A stretch of DNA of 64,000 nucleotides, taken from NCBI RefSeq assembly GCF_009914755.1, contig NC_060925.1. One strand, 5' to 3'. This document shows positions 27,961 through 42,605 of the stretch, in pieces; the stretch's first letter is position 1, and every line of letters begins with the position of its first letter. The DNA is from the human T2T-CHM13v2.0 reference genome, Homo sapiens. The notes beneath the pieces were generated by a model. The model searched no databases, had not been told where the DNA came from, and saw only the letters and a program-made list of their open reading frames with translations. The position numbers and the translations under genes were made by a program.

Positions 27961-28485
27961 AAATTTAGATTCAAAGATGTTAAGTGACTTGCCCAGTAAA
28001 ATAAGAGACGAGATTTTAATCAACTAATTCTTCATAGATCTTCACATCTCAAGAAAGTGAATTTGTTCTCCTATTTCTATCATGTCTTAAAGTCTGAATT
28101 GTTATTAATTTCCAAGTTGTTACTTCCTTTACTTCTTAGGAATTAAAGAAAAAAGCATATTAAGAGGCATTCATCTAACCTATCAGCTAAATTGATGATA
28201 TCCCCTATAAATCACCTCTGTATATACATTGAGTCAAAAATTGTGCTAATTAAGGACTGATGTTAACAATAGTAAGCAAAACAGACACAGACCCCACCTT
28301 CATAGATTTCCAGTTTGAAGGCAGAAACCAGCCATTAATATATCGTTTACACACAAGTGTGTAAGTTATGCATAAAAATGGAAGAATAGGGAGCTGTTAA
28401 AACCACAGGAAGCTGATATAATGAGGATGGTCAAGGCAGGCTTCTCTGAGGAAGTGACATTTGAGCTCAGATCTTAAAGATGAAT

Positions 28486-28701
28486 ACATGGCAGCAGTAA
28501 GAGAAAATGAGGAGGAAGCAAAAGTGGAAACCCCTGATAAACCCATCAGATCTTGTGAGACTTAATTGCTATCACGAGAATAGCATGGGAAAGACTCCCA
28601 TGATACAATTACCTCCCCCTGGGTCCCTCCCACACACGTGGGAATTCTGGGAGATACAATTCAAGTTGAGATTTAGGTGGGGACACAGCCAAACCATATC
28701 A
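28486..28701 (-). mobile_element. THE1/MST (MaLR) LTR, partial
   Basis: Ends ggggacacagccaaaccatatca, the reverse of the TGATATGGTTTGG LTR start. Confidence 0.85.
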
Positions 28702-29174
28702 GTACCCTGACAGCAGAGGCTTCCAGTAGGTGCCAAACAGGGTCAGTTAAGCAGACATCTCTCTAACAGTTATCAGAAATTCTCAAATACTAAACAAAAT
28801 ATTTCTTTTGCAGGGGTAAGGTTATTATAGCTTGGGTGAGGGGAGTACTGTGCATAAGAATTGAAGCAATTTAGCAACTGGTAAACAATAATAATAAAGT
28901 ATATATTATGTGACTATCCCCTTTGCTGGTTGTAAAATATTTTTTAGCTTCCTACAGAGAGACCTGACCTATATAACTTTTTGCATGAGCTCGTTCTTCT
29001 TAATTTTTTTTTTTAACAAAATGATACTGTCAGCTTCTTGAGCTAATTATTAACAAGAAATGCTAAATGAACTAGTCTCCTCTCCCATAATTAGATTTGG
29101 TAAACCTTGTATTTGCAGATTCTAATGTTTTTACATTTTAGGGGGATTGAGATTTAAAACAATTTTTTAATAAC

Positions 29175-30205
<1,031 letters not shown>

Positions 30206-30588
30206 TGTTTTAAGTTTTTACTAAAAGAATGAGCTTATTTTGCTCTATGATTTTGTTACACTTTTCACCCATTATTGGTTATTTTTCTAAGTCTTTTACA
30301 TGTTTAATTATGAAATATTTTTAAAGTATAAAAAAGAATAGAAAATAATATAGGTGCATTGTTTCCGCATCCTTTTCCTTCATTCTGAGCTCGGTTGCAT
30401 CTACCTAAAGTACACACTTAGTATTTCATTAACTTCAGGCCTTTAATGTAAACTCTCAGTCTTTAAAATGTCTTTATTTCAGCTCTTACTTTTGAGTTAT
30501 ATTTTAGCTGTATATAGAATTTTAAGTTGATAGCTCTTTTTACTTAAGCAGTTTGAAGATATCTCATTGTAATTTTGAAGCAGCATCA

Positions 30589-31209
30589 TTGTCTGCGGTG
30601 AATACCCAGGGTTCGTCGTCTCGAGCTGAGAAAATTAACGACACAGACACACATACATGAAGTGGGTTAAGGAGTGGAAAGTTTAATAGGCAGAAGAAAT
30701 GAGAGAGGAGAGCAGCTCTCTCTTTTATGAAAGAGAGGTGTTCCGAAAAAGGAAAAGCGGTGGACCGCAGCAGATTTTATAGGCAGGCTTTAAGAGGTGG
30801 TATCTGATTTACATAGGGCCCACAGATTGGTTCCACCAGGTGTGATGTTTACTGGTGTGTGGGGAAGGCTGGTCACCCCACCCTAATCTTATTATGCAAA
30901 TAGATTTTCTACTTGGCCAGTGCCATCTTGCCTGCTCCTTACTGTGCATGTGGCAAAGAGAAGAGAAGATGGAGCTGCCATTTTGAACAGGCCTATTCCA
31001 CAGGTAGTTTTTTCTATTGGCACAATTGCCGGCATTCGCTTGTGCAAGCTTCCAGCTTGTTTGTCTGTGTCTGCAGCTTGATTTTACAGGCTGCTCTTCG
31101 TTAGAAAAAAAAAAATCATTTGGGGACTGCTTTTCATTAAAAGGAAAACCTTACCAAGGACTTCCTTACCCTATCTGCTTAAGTAATTTCTTTTTTAACT
31201 TTTATATCA
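30589..31209 (-). mobile_element. ERV1 solo LTR (MER4 group, MER51/MER61-like)
   Basis: Reverse strand begins TGATATAAAAGTTAAAAAGAAATTACTTAAGCAGATAGG...AAGGTTTTCCTTTTAATGAAAAGCAGTCCCC and ends in ACA. Confidence 0.75.
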
Positions 31210-31611
31210 TTCTGACCTCTCGTTGCTTTTGAGAAATCTGACAGTTCTTTATGGGGAATTGGTCTTTTCTGTTTTCCATTTAAGATTGTGTGTGTGTGTG
31301 CGTGTATTCTGTAATTTTTCTGGATATGTCTAAATGTGGATTTGCTTTTATTCTGCTTTAGACTCCTTGTGCTTATTGAATCTATAGATTCATATCTTTA
31401 CTCAGTTCTGGAAAATTCTCAGCTATTGTCTTTTAAAAGATGCTTCTTCCAGCTTTCCCAATTCTCTATGGAACTTCTTTAGACATCTTTGGCCTTAATT
31501 CTCTTTCCATGGCTCGTAACTCCTCCCTTAGGTAGTCATAGCGCTTGCCCCTCTTTTAAATCACTATTTGTTACTTAGGATTTTCCCTCCTTTCTTAGAA
31601 TTTCTTTTGTT

Positions 31612-31820
31612 ATATTTTTAAATATACAAATTTATATTTTATATACAAATATATGTTTTAAAATATATACAAAATATATACAAATATATATTTTAAAATA
31701 TATACAAATATATATTTTAAAATATATACAAATATATATTTTAAAATATATACAAAATATATACAAATATATATTTTAAATATACACAAATATATATATT
31801 TTAAATATACAAATATTTTT
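31612..31820. repeat. AT-rich minisatellite, unit ~caaatatatattttaaaatatata
   Basis: Repeated unit directly visible. Confidence 0.9.
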
Positions 31821-32244
31821 GTTATATTTTATCTAATACATCTACATATTTATATGAGGACTTTTTTGGCATTATCTTTACCATTTCTGCTGGAACTGAT
31901 TCTTGACAGCTGTAGTTTTCTTGTAGAGTTGTTTTTTGTTGTTTTTTGATATATTCCAAGAGTTTTTCAAATTTTATCTATAATTAATATTTGGATATTG
32001 TAGTTCAAAAGAGCAGGAGAAGACAGTGGTTAATATTTTGGACAGCCCAATACTATAGATAAAATGAAGTCATCTTTTCCTATAAAATGGATTTTTTTTA
32101 TTGTTTTTCTAGAGTTTTGACTATTGGGAATTTTGCTTAGGATCTCTAGTTTTAAAAGTTTCTGAATCTTCCTGAGCCTCCTTCAGTATTTTTGCATGTA
32201 ATAAACCCCAAAGTTCTCTCATGGGGATTCTTTTATAAATGGAG

Positions 32245-32470
32245 AGAATGGCATAAGCAGTTAAGAGCAAGGTCTCTGGAATCAAACAGCTTGTAAGTGT
32301 CCAGTCTTGTCTTTACCACTTATTAACATTGTGATTTTGGGTGAGTTCTCTCACCTCTCTTTCTCAGTCTCCCGCTCTTTAAAGTAGCAACCTCGTAGAG
32401 TTGGGATGATTAACCAAGATCTAATATGTATTAAGTGGCATCTAAGGAGCTCTCAAAAATATTAGATATT
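32245..32470 (+). mobile_element. MIR
   Basis: gttaagagcaaggtctctggaatcaaacagc MIR head. Confidence 0.65.
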
Positions 32471-32619
32471 ATTAATATAATTATTTTCATTGATTCACAG
32501 TAACTTTTTCCTTGCACTTAAAGCTATTTCAGGTGTAGCAGTTTTAATCCGCCACCTGATACAGCATTCTTGAAGGCAAAAGCACTTGGACTAATAATAA
32601 GCATAGGCCGTCACTTCCC

Positions 32620-33218
32620 CCGCATTATACATTTTCTCTACTGAATCTTTTCCATTAGCATACCAACTCATATTTCTTTAAAGCTAAAATAACTCTTTTG
32701 TCATCACTTCCCCCTCCAATTTTCCCTTTACAATAAAACTCCTTTAATATGTCCATTTTTACACTCCCTAATCTGTCTTTCATGAAACCAAACTCCAGTC
32801 AAGGTTTTACCTCATCCATGCCACCAAATCTGCTTGGATTAATAAACCCAGTGGTAAATCTCAGTTCCTGTGTTACTTGACCCATCAGCAGCATTCAACA
32901 CAGTTGATCCCTCCCTTTTCCTTGAAACCTGGCTTTCTGCTCCCTCACTGGCTGCTGCTCCTTGGTCTCCTTTGTTGGTTCATCCTCACCTTGAAATGTT
33001 GGCATGCTCCTGGAATCCGCCCACGGACCTCTTCTTTATTTGTCTACACTCCTTCTCAGTCTCATGGCTTTGACTACGATCTGTATGTTCACCACTCCCA
33101 AATTCATATCTCCAGCCTAGGACTCTTGCTTGACTCCAGATGCATATAGCCATTTGCCTACTCAGTATCTCCATTTGGATGTCTATTAGACATCTCAAAT
33201 TTCACATGTTCAAAACAA
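32620..33218 (+). mobile_element. L2 LINE reverse-transcriptase-region fragment
   Basis: Translation LLDPSAAFNTVD resembles the L2 RT motif LLDLSAAFDTVDH; ctcccaaattcatatctccagcc...ggatgtctattagacatctcaaa. Confidence 0.8.
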
Positions 33219-33219
33219 C

Positions 33220-33445
33220 TTCTGAGAATTATGTTAGCTCTGGGTTTGTCATACATGGCCTTTCTACTGAGGTATTATTTCCTCTATACCAATCTGTTGA
33301 GAGTTTTTATCATGAAAGGGTATCAAAGGCTTTTTCTGCATTTATTTAAATGATCCTCTGATTTTTAGCCTTCATTTTGTTAATGTGGTGTATCATATTT
33401 ATTGATTGTGTATGCAATAAATCCCATTTGATTGTGGTGATTCTT
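33220..33445 (-). mobile_element. L1 ORF2 fragment, antisense
   Basis: tcaaaggctttttctgcatttatt...ttgttaatgtggtgtatcatatttattgatt. Confidence 0.75.
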
Positions 33446-34284
33446 TTATCAAAATCTTAATTACCCCCTTTTAAAACATTTGTAACATGATAAACTATCT
33501 TACTAAACATTTCATAATAAACAGTTGCTTCTTCCAATTTAAGAAAATGTATATTTTAGTTGTTGCTTGGGCTGAGGATGTCCCTAATCAATCTAACTAT
33601 ATTTGTGTCTTCAGGCATTATTTGAGGTGAATAAAATGCAAATAATTTTTTAGACATAAAGGCCTCTGTTAGCCAAATGAGAAATCTTTCTTTCACCTCT
33701 AGTTCTCATTCACTCCCCCTTTTTCTTTCACAAAGGCATTGATTAATTTATATCTTAGGTTAGCTAAGAATTTGAGCTATTTTTAGCAGTACATTCTCAA
33801 AGTATAGATGCTGTGGAATGAGTAGCAAGTAATTAGAGCACCGTTTGTATAACCTTTATGTACAGTAGCCTTGAAAAATCTCCGTACTGTAGGTAGAATT
33901 GCACCTAAGATGACAAATCTTGTAGTAGGACCACCTAGCTAATGATTGAGTCTCCTTTATAGCCTGGGAGCTGATGAGAAGGACACTCAGCACTCCTGAG
34001 TTCCTCCTGTCTCTACGTCTTTCTCATATTAAGCCTAAGTTGGCTTTCACACAATTAATTACAATTTGCTTCTATAGCTTTGGGGCTTTACGTAACAACT
34101 TTAATTTTTTCTACACCCTTTTGAAATAGCTATCATGTTTGACCCGGGTCTTTTCTCCTTATAAAACATTAGTATTGTCTCCTGTTGTCTGATATAGTTT
34201 TGAGTCCCTTCAACATCAACTGTAGCTCTGTCAGTGTCCTTCTTTAAATACAGTGCTCAGAGTTAGCCTTATAATGTTTCATGG

Positions 34285-34448
34285 TTTTGTTTTTGTTTTT
34301 AGATACAAGGTCTTGTTCTGTCACCCAGGCTGGAGTGCAGTGGCATGATGGTAGCTCACTGCAGCCTTGGACTCCTGGGCTCAAGGGATCCTCCTGCCTC
34401 GGTCTTCCAAATCACTAGGATTATAGGGATGCATCACCGCGACCAGCC
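34285..34448 (-). mobile_element. Alu monomer, antisense
   Basis: Reverse Alu arm. Confidence 0.8.
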
Positions 34449-35107
34449 TCGTGTATTATTTAATTAGTAGTCATTCAACCTATTTTTTTCTAGATAGTAC
34501 ATTTTGATTAGTACAGTTTATGATTTTTTTTTTTTTTACCTGTATCTTACTTATAGTACTTACAGGAGCTGAGGAAAACCCCAAGACCAACCTGTGCTCA
34601 ACCTGTGCTTTTGTAGTGATTTTTTTGGACCCTATTACAGAACCTTATTTATTCCTTCATCTTGTTAAATGTGGCCCATTGTTCCAGGCTACCACCACAT
34701 TTCTTGATTCTTTCTTTGAACATAATTATTATATTTCCCAGCTTCGTGTCATTTCTAAAATTGATGTACCTGCCTTCATCTAGGTCATTGCTAAAAACAA
34801 TGAAGTAGAGCTAAAGACAGCCTTTCAGCATTCACAAAACTTATCTATTCTATATGCCATATATTTATATAGCACCTTCTATTTGCACTGTCCTAGTCAT
34901 GAGGGAATCATAAATAAAAAGAAATGGCCCTTTAAGAGCTCACAGCCTAGTGGGAAAACAGATACACAGTATATAATTTAGCATGATAATTGCTGTAATG
35001 GAATATGAAGAAGATAGAATGGGAGCACAGAGGAAAAACTCCGAGTCTTTGAGGCAGAAACTTCCTTGCAGGTTGAGAGCTGTCCTTTAATCAAAAAAGT
35101 GTAAATT

Positions 35108-35387
<280 letters not shown>

Positions 35388-35389
35388 AC

Positions 35390-35530
35390 AAGTGTAAATC
35401 CACCTAACCTGTCTCTTTTTTCCCAACTTGTTCACAAGGATACAGTGAAAGACCCTGGCATCTGCTTGCTGAAATTGGGCCACATTCTATTTACTACATT
35501 TCTCTATTCCACCAGCCTAATACCCTGTCC
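35390..35530 (-). mobile_element. CR1/L3 RT fragment (related pieces at ~34600-34830)
   Basis: Minus-strand translation FQQADARVFHCILVNKLGK..VRWI resembles CR1 DFSKAFDxVxHxILxxKL..VRWI. Confidence 0.55.
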
Positions 35531-35545
35531 CCTCCTCTGCTCCCA

Positions 35546-35576
<31 letters not shown>

Positions 35577-36072
35577 CAAAAAACTGTTAGTCTTTTAGAT
35601 GTAATTAATTAAGCTGTTTATATTTTAAATGTATTAATTTTTACATATACATACATATATCTTCAGGAGCAGGATCGGGGAAATGAGTCATAGAATATAA
35701 TAGACTCTGAAGATCAGAAGGAAAAAAAATAGAGGCAAATTTGCAGGCTATGAGATCCCCCAGTTGTTATAGTTGAAGATCCAAATTGGGCTCTGAGCTT
35801 TCTAAAGGCCAAAGAGAAATGGAAAAGTTCATGTTCTTACTGACTGACAGAGAAATAGTTCCTGTTCTTAAGTGGGAACAAAGCTTTTGCCAACACCGAA
35901 ATCTTACATTTCAGTGGGGGCTGCATTGAGGTTACACCGAGAGAGAGAATAAAAAATGTCATGAGCATATATTTCTACTGCAAGTGCACAAAAGATTTCC
36001 TTAGTGTTTCCTAAATTTTGTTATTGTGGAGGAAATTGCTCAAAGAACAGATTTAATATTACAGGCCAAGAG

Positions 36073-36230
36073 AGGCTGGGCAGCATGGCTCATGCCTGTA
36101 ATCCCAGCACTTTGGAAGGCCAAGGCAGGCTAGATAGCTTGAGCCCGGGAGGTGGAGGTTACAGTGAGCTGAGATCACGCCACTGCACTCCAGCCTGGGT
36201 GACAGAGTGAGACTCTGTCTCAAAAAAAAA
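36073..36230 (+). mobile_element. Internally deleted Alu
   Basis: Left-arm start fused to right-arm end. Confidence 0.85.
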
Positions 36231-36845
36231 GTGGGGCGGGGTGGGGGACTAAAAGAACTGTTATAGAAAGGAAAGCTGCGCAACTTTGAATAACAAATTC
36301 ATTGGGGATGTGAAATTTTTTGTGCACACACCTAGACCATCCCTCAGCACAAGTTCAAGAAGTCTTATATTAGGCTGTTTATTATAGCATCCTTCATAAG
36401 AGAGGAACACCAATTCCATGGTAGGTTGACAAGTATTTCGTAGATACCCATGATTCTGTGGTCAAATAAATATAGGAAACGCTGAGTTAAACAAGTTTCT
36501 TTACTGCTGGTGGGCTTCTGTCTCATAGGCTTAAGTACAATGTAACTCTCCCAGAGGGAGTTCTCCAAAACTTTATTTGGCCATAGAACCCTTTTTGGTG
36601 GTACATTAGGGAACAGAGGAATAAATGTTTACATATCCTCCAAACAACCTTTCTAAAAGAGAAAGAATGTGGCAGCCACCCTGTTACATATTTGTCAACT
36701 CCAGCCAAGGATATATGTTGGACAATACTGTTCTTCCCCTCTCTTACTCTCTCAAGCTTCAGGATGATGTAGTCTCTTTTTTGCTAGGGTCTTCTCGTTT
36801 CCTTATAAGGCAAACCAGAGTACAAGTTCCCCTCTTCACTTTCTC

Positions 36846-37140
<295 letters not shown>

Positions 37141-37350
37141 CACTTTCTCTGCTTTTTTAAAGATGAAACTATGATCAGGGCAAGCCAGGAGCATGTTGTC
37201 ACTTGGCTTTTTTGCCAAGTAAGACTTCTAGTTAGAGACCCCTGTCACTGCAATTAACTTTGCTGAATTTGTAACTTGAGATCAGGGTTCACTTCCTTAT
37301 CTGGCCTCCATCCCATTCACAATGTCATTTTGTATAGCAAATCTAATGTG

Positions 37351-37657
<307 letters not shown>

Positions 37658-37961
37658 AATCTAATGCGTTTCTTTTAGAATAAAGTAGGTTTTTTTCCCA
37701 TGTATTATAAACAAGCAATAAATCTGGGGAGGTTATTTCTACTTGATTAGTTTTTATTTACCTAATAAGAATCCTAAAATGCAAAAATAGTATTGTATTA
37801 ATATAACAGTGACTTTAAAATAAACTTCAGCAATATTACATTTGAAAAATACCCTAAGGTTAAATTTATTTATAACAAGTGTTATTCATTTATTATAATA
37901 CCCCAGAGTCACATTCAGTATTGTCTTTCGATATATGCATTTTATAATTGTAAATCCATAT

Positions 37962-38362
37962 ACAGATGTCCCCTACTTAATGAGGGTTCGACTTACTGTT
38001 TTTCAACATCACGATGGTATGAAAGCAACACACATTCAGTAGAAACAGTACTTCGATTTTTGAATTTTGATCTTTTCCTGGGCCAGTGATAAGTGGTATG
38101 GGGGCAGCAGCAGCGAGCCACAGCTTGCAGTCAGCCACACCATCATGAGGGTAAACACCGATACTCTCCTGTGGACTGTGATGCAGATGATTCTGCCCGA
38201 CTGTAGACCAATATACATGCTCTGAGCATGTTTCAGATGGACTAGGCTAAGCTATATGTTCAGTAAGTTAGGTGTATTCACTGCATTTTTGACTTAATGA
38301 TATTTTCAATTTACTGCGAATTTATTGGACATAACTCCATTGTAAGTAGAGGAACATTTCTG
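37962..38362 (-). mobile_element. MER47/Tigger5-family DNA transposon
   Basis: Ends cagatgtcccctactta / taagtagaggaacatttctg; internal ctaggctaagctatatgttcagtaagttaggtgtatt. Confidence 0.75.
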
Positions 38363-38719
38363 TCTAATATTTTGTGTTTTCCTCCCATTAAATTCCTTAT
38401 TCTCTTATGTTATGGAATTCCTTATGGAATACATATTCCCTTACGTTGACATTGACAACATACTGGTAATCTTTAATATATATGAAATACTTGAATATTG
38501 TCAAATGTTATTTTTGAAGTCATTTTGATATTTGGCAATTGAGGTTTTTTCAACTTTTTGCAATTTTAAAAGGGGTATTGATATCATATGAATTATCTTT
38601 TTTCTCTGGTTTATTTCCTTGGGCTGTATTCCTATGGATAGGACTACAAAGTCAGCAATTATATTTTCTAGCTTTTGTATGACAGGAATTTTCTAACCTT
38701 ATGGTCTTCTAAATCCTAG

Positions 38720-38884
38720 GTTCAGGAGCTCCATGAGGAGGAGGCACAGTGGGTGAACTATGATGAGGATGAGTTGTGTGTGAAAATGCAGCTAGCCGAC
38801 GGGATCTTTGAGACCCTGATCAAAGATACTATTGATGTTCTGAATCAGATCAGTGAAAAGCAGGGGAGAATGCTACTTGTGTGA
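38720..38884 (+). CDS. CEP350: CEP350 last coding exon (VQELHEEEAQWVNYDEDELCVKMQLADGIFETLIKDTIDVLNQISEKQGRMLLV*), C-terminal FOP/CEP43-binding region
   Basis: cctag| acceptor with upstream CTAAC branch-like motif; TGA at 38882-38884; matches the recalled CEP350 C-terminus. Confidence 0.95.
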   Translation, partial: VQELHEEEAQWVNYDEDELCVKMQLADGIFETLIKDTIDVLNQISEKQGRMLLV

Positions 38885-41800
38885 CATCTTGCAAATAAAT
38901 CGAACGCTGAGTGCTAATGTGAGTCCTGGGCCTTTCTGCCTCCTGATGTACACCCATCGCCATCATAGCAAGAGTGCTTCTGGACCTTGTACTTATTCTT
39001 AAAGACTACCAGTATGGAGTTCATAGGACAATGTGGTACACCTGGTATTACAGCCTTTGCCTTTCGAGACTATCCACTGGATTAATGGGTTATTTTCAGT
39101 GGGCAGGGTTGCACAGTGTAATCCTACACCTTTTGCTAACACCCCTACTAGGTCCCAGAGGGCCAGAAACACCTGACTTACCTCTGAGTTTAGACTAGGG
39201 TATCACTTCTTTGAGTCTGAAGTCAAGTGAGAGAGGTATAGATAAATGCATCACATCACTTTTGAAATGTAATTCTGGTCTATACCATGGAAGTCATAAA
39301 TGGACATTATAGTCTCTAAACAGTATTAAACCCTTAACCACTTCTAAAATAGGCAAGCTCAATAATGTCTGCCAACTTCACATTCTGGAGTTTATTTCAT
39401 TTCTTTTTGAAGACCATTTTCTTCCATTATTGTAGTTGAGCAGCACCAAGTGGACTGTCAGGCTAACAGGAATAAGTGGTAGCCTTGCTTTCTGAGCACC
39501 ATCTAAAGAATTTTAAACCTCTGCATTATGTTTAGTGTTCTCTGTGTGGGCATGAAAACAAAGAAATGCCCCTACTGAAGACTGGGCTCAAAGGACCAAT
39601 GCAGGGCTGGTTCTTTTACCCCTTGGTTTACTCCTGCACTTGTCTTACTCATTCTGAATCTCTACCAGCTGCTCCCAGAATCACAGATACTCAGGACCAT
39701 CTCAGGCATCCAGGCATGGCAAAGTGGAAATAATTCATTTTGGCCTGCAAACCTTCAACTCCCATCTTTCCCCAAGAAGTCAGAGATGCTGTTACTTGAA
39801 TGATTTAGGAAATGAGTGTGTGCACCAAAGACAAAAAGATATTGTCTATTGTTTGTGTGCTTGTTTTGCGCTATGGAACATTTTTTAATTTATTTTAAGA
39901 TAAATTATTAAGTTGAAAATGTGTGTCCCTATTCAGAAGTGAAAGATTCATCTTGTAATAGTTAAACCTCCATCTTGAAGCTTCTATGGTTCATAGTCTT
40001 TGCACAGGAACCTGTGGTTTTAACAAACCAATACACATATTGAAGAAGTCATTTTAATTCAGTGAAACGAAGATGGGCTTTTCCAGATCACCTGCAATAG
40101 CAGCAGTGGGATAAAATGATTTAAAAACACTGTACAATTTAACTCTGCCTCTCTTGCAGCATTGCTTCTCACAACTATTACCTGCATCTGAAAAAAAATC
40201 TATAGACTCCAGCTGCTACATTAGAGCATAAGAGATGCTCTCCTGGGACCTCAGTACCCTGCCTTCTTGACTGGTTTCCGTTCATCAGTCCTGTCCCTCT
40301 TCAAGTAATCTAGAAGAATGTGGATACTCTTAGGCGTGAATGTAAATGCCTTAATATTGAAGGTCCTGGTTAGAAGCATGATACAAGACATCTACTGGAT
40401 TCATATTTACAAATATCCTGGAATGTTATAGCTTCAAAGTATATTAGAAAAACCCCAAAGATGGTATAATCTTTAAGTGTGCACGTTCGTTTATTTCTGC
40501 ATCTTCCCTCCAAACTTGCCTTTGCATCTTAAATATTTCACTATGCACACTCCCATTCCTCTTGGGTTTCATCTTGTCGTTTAAGAAATGTACTGAAATA
40601 ATCATTGGAATATTTGCATTTTGCACAATGACTGGTATGATAGCTCTTGACAAATAAGGAAAGCACTGAAATGTTGTGATTGGGTCTCGGGAAATGCTCA
40701 GATTGATGTCTTACCAGCATTTCTTCTGGGCTTGTGATGTTGAGCTGTAGTCTTGTAGCCATAATGAGCAAATTGACTAAGAGAAGCAAAGGTTTCTTGG
40801 GGTTATTAACCAGTAGTGTGGAAATACTAGTTTTATGTGGCCAAGGAAAAGCAAAGGCTTTTCTTTTCAGTTTGTGTTATTTGGAAGACAGAAAAACATC
40901 TTGTCTACATCCTTTGGCTGTTTGTAGGATCACGTTGTCCTTACGATACTGAAACTTTACAGCTGCTGTAAATTTTTTATAAATGAATTTCAAAATGTTA
41001 TAATGGGACTGTAGGTTGTTTTTCTACATCTTCATTATTTGGACCTAAAACCAGTTTTTAATAAGAAAGTTTATCTTTACTCTTTCTGAAATTATGACTC
41101 CAGAAAAAGAAAAAAAAAATACAAGTCATGGAATCAGCAATCTGGTAAGAAATGCTGCCAAGAATGTGGCAGTAGCTGTCCTGACAGACTCCAACTGTCT
41201 TTACTATCTGAAGAATCCTAGGCTCCACATGAGAGGCAGAAATGGATCAGTCTTATTCTTTTCTAGAAATGGTTATCTGTAGTTTGGTAGCAAAAAAAAA
41301 AGAAAAAAGAATCCATAATTAGCAGATTTCTTATTAACTATTTGGATCTAATTGAAATGGCTTTATTCTTAGGATTAAGAAAGATAGATGTGGATACCCA
41401 GCCACTCGTTCCATATTGGTATCTTTTTAAATCAGCTCTGCCTCTTAATCAAGAACCTAAATATTCCCTCTTTCTAATCTTTGTTCCTTCTCCCTACACC
41501 CTCATCCTCTTTCACTCTTCCTTCATAATTCCTCTAAGAAAAATATCTTTGCATCAGCAGTAATATCTTTTAGAATAGCACTATCAGAATTTAGCAGTAA
41601 ACCAACATACAGGCTTCAGATTTACTTCTGAGTCCAAAACAATTTGTGCTATCCAGGGTAGTTAACTCTGGGTTAAACAAGTACAGGGTATAGATTCCCT
41701 CTTCAGGTCTACACAGGAATTTTTACCATAGGGAAAAGTGGGGAGAGCTCAAACGTAGTTAATAAGGAAGGTAATTTGTTTTTCTTTTACCTAAAAGAAA

Positions 41801-42605
41801 AGAAAATTCCTTCTGTGACTACAGGTCTCTGAGAAATTATCTTTCAAAAGAGATTTCATTGCTCATAAGAGTGTTGTGGCCTATTGATAAAAACAATTTT
41901 GTTCAGTTTCTTGTCTTGAAAAAAAAGTGGCCTTAGCTTTTTGCAATACTTGAATAAAGTGTGTACTCGCAAAAGAATTTCTGTAGCACAGCATTAGAGA
42001 CTCATAACTTTTCTGCAAGAAATACAAACTTACATCTTCCTTTTACTACCTTAAGAATACTAGTGAATAAAACATTAATTCAAAGAGCAAATTATAGAAA
42101 CTACAATGACATTTAATGCAAATTGTAGGAATTTACATGTTTACAAATCATCTTCAACTGGTTGTGCAGCAATTCAATAAAATATCTTTGTATTATAAAA
42201 ATGTGAAGAAAAAATGTAAACTGATGTAAAGGAGGTACTGTCATTTTAATTAACCTATGTTTAATAGCTTTTCCTTCTGGACTTTGCAAAGCCTTCTTGG
42301 CAAACACATTGCAAAGCATTCTCTGGGAGGTTCAGCCTCCTTGTGTGTACTGTACTGTGCAGACATGAAAAAATAAACCCGTTTACTGTGTGCGTGTAAA
42401 TAGCCTGGTCATCAGGCCATTTTCAGCCAATAGTCACATCCAGTGCAATTTTGCACCGAACACTTAAGGGTGTGGTTTGTAAGTACGATCTGTAAAATAA
42501 CTGGGATGAATTCCCATGTATACCTGTGTAAATAGATTTGTTAACTGAAATATACTTTAAGAAAGATAAAATCTGTAAATAAACTGATTTATAAATTAAT
42601 TTCAT
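38885..42605 (+). other. CEP350: CEP350 3'UTR (~3.7 kb, no recognisable interspersed repeat)
   Basis: Follows the stop codon; AU-rich; repeats resume after ~42800; end inferred from the distal AATAAA. Confidence 0.8.
42578..42583 (+). terminator. Distal polyadenylation signal AATAAA (others at 38894, 41953, 42066, 42176, 42372)
   Basis: AATAAA preceded by several UGUA motifs and followed by a U/GU-rich stretch. Confidence 0.7.

Noticed and set aside
38720-38725. Tandem acceptor TAG|GTTCAG| that could delete VQ, and C-terminal MLLV as a PDZ-binding motif
   Set aside because: Both are short chance-level motifs with no supporting evidence in the sequence.
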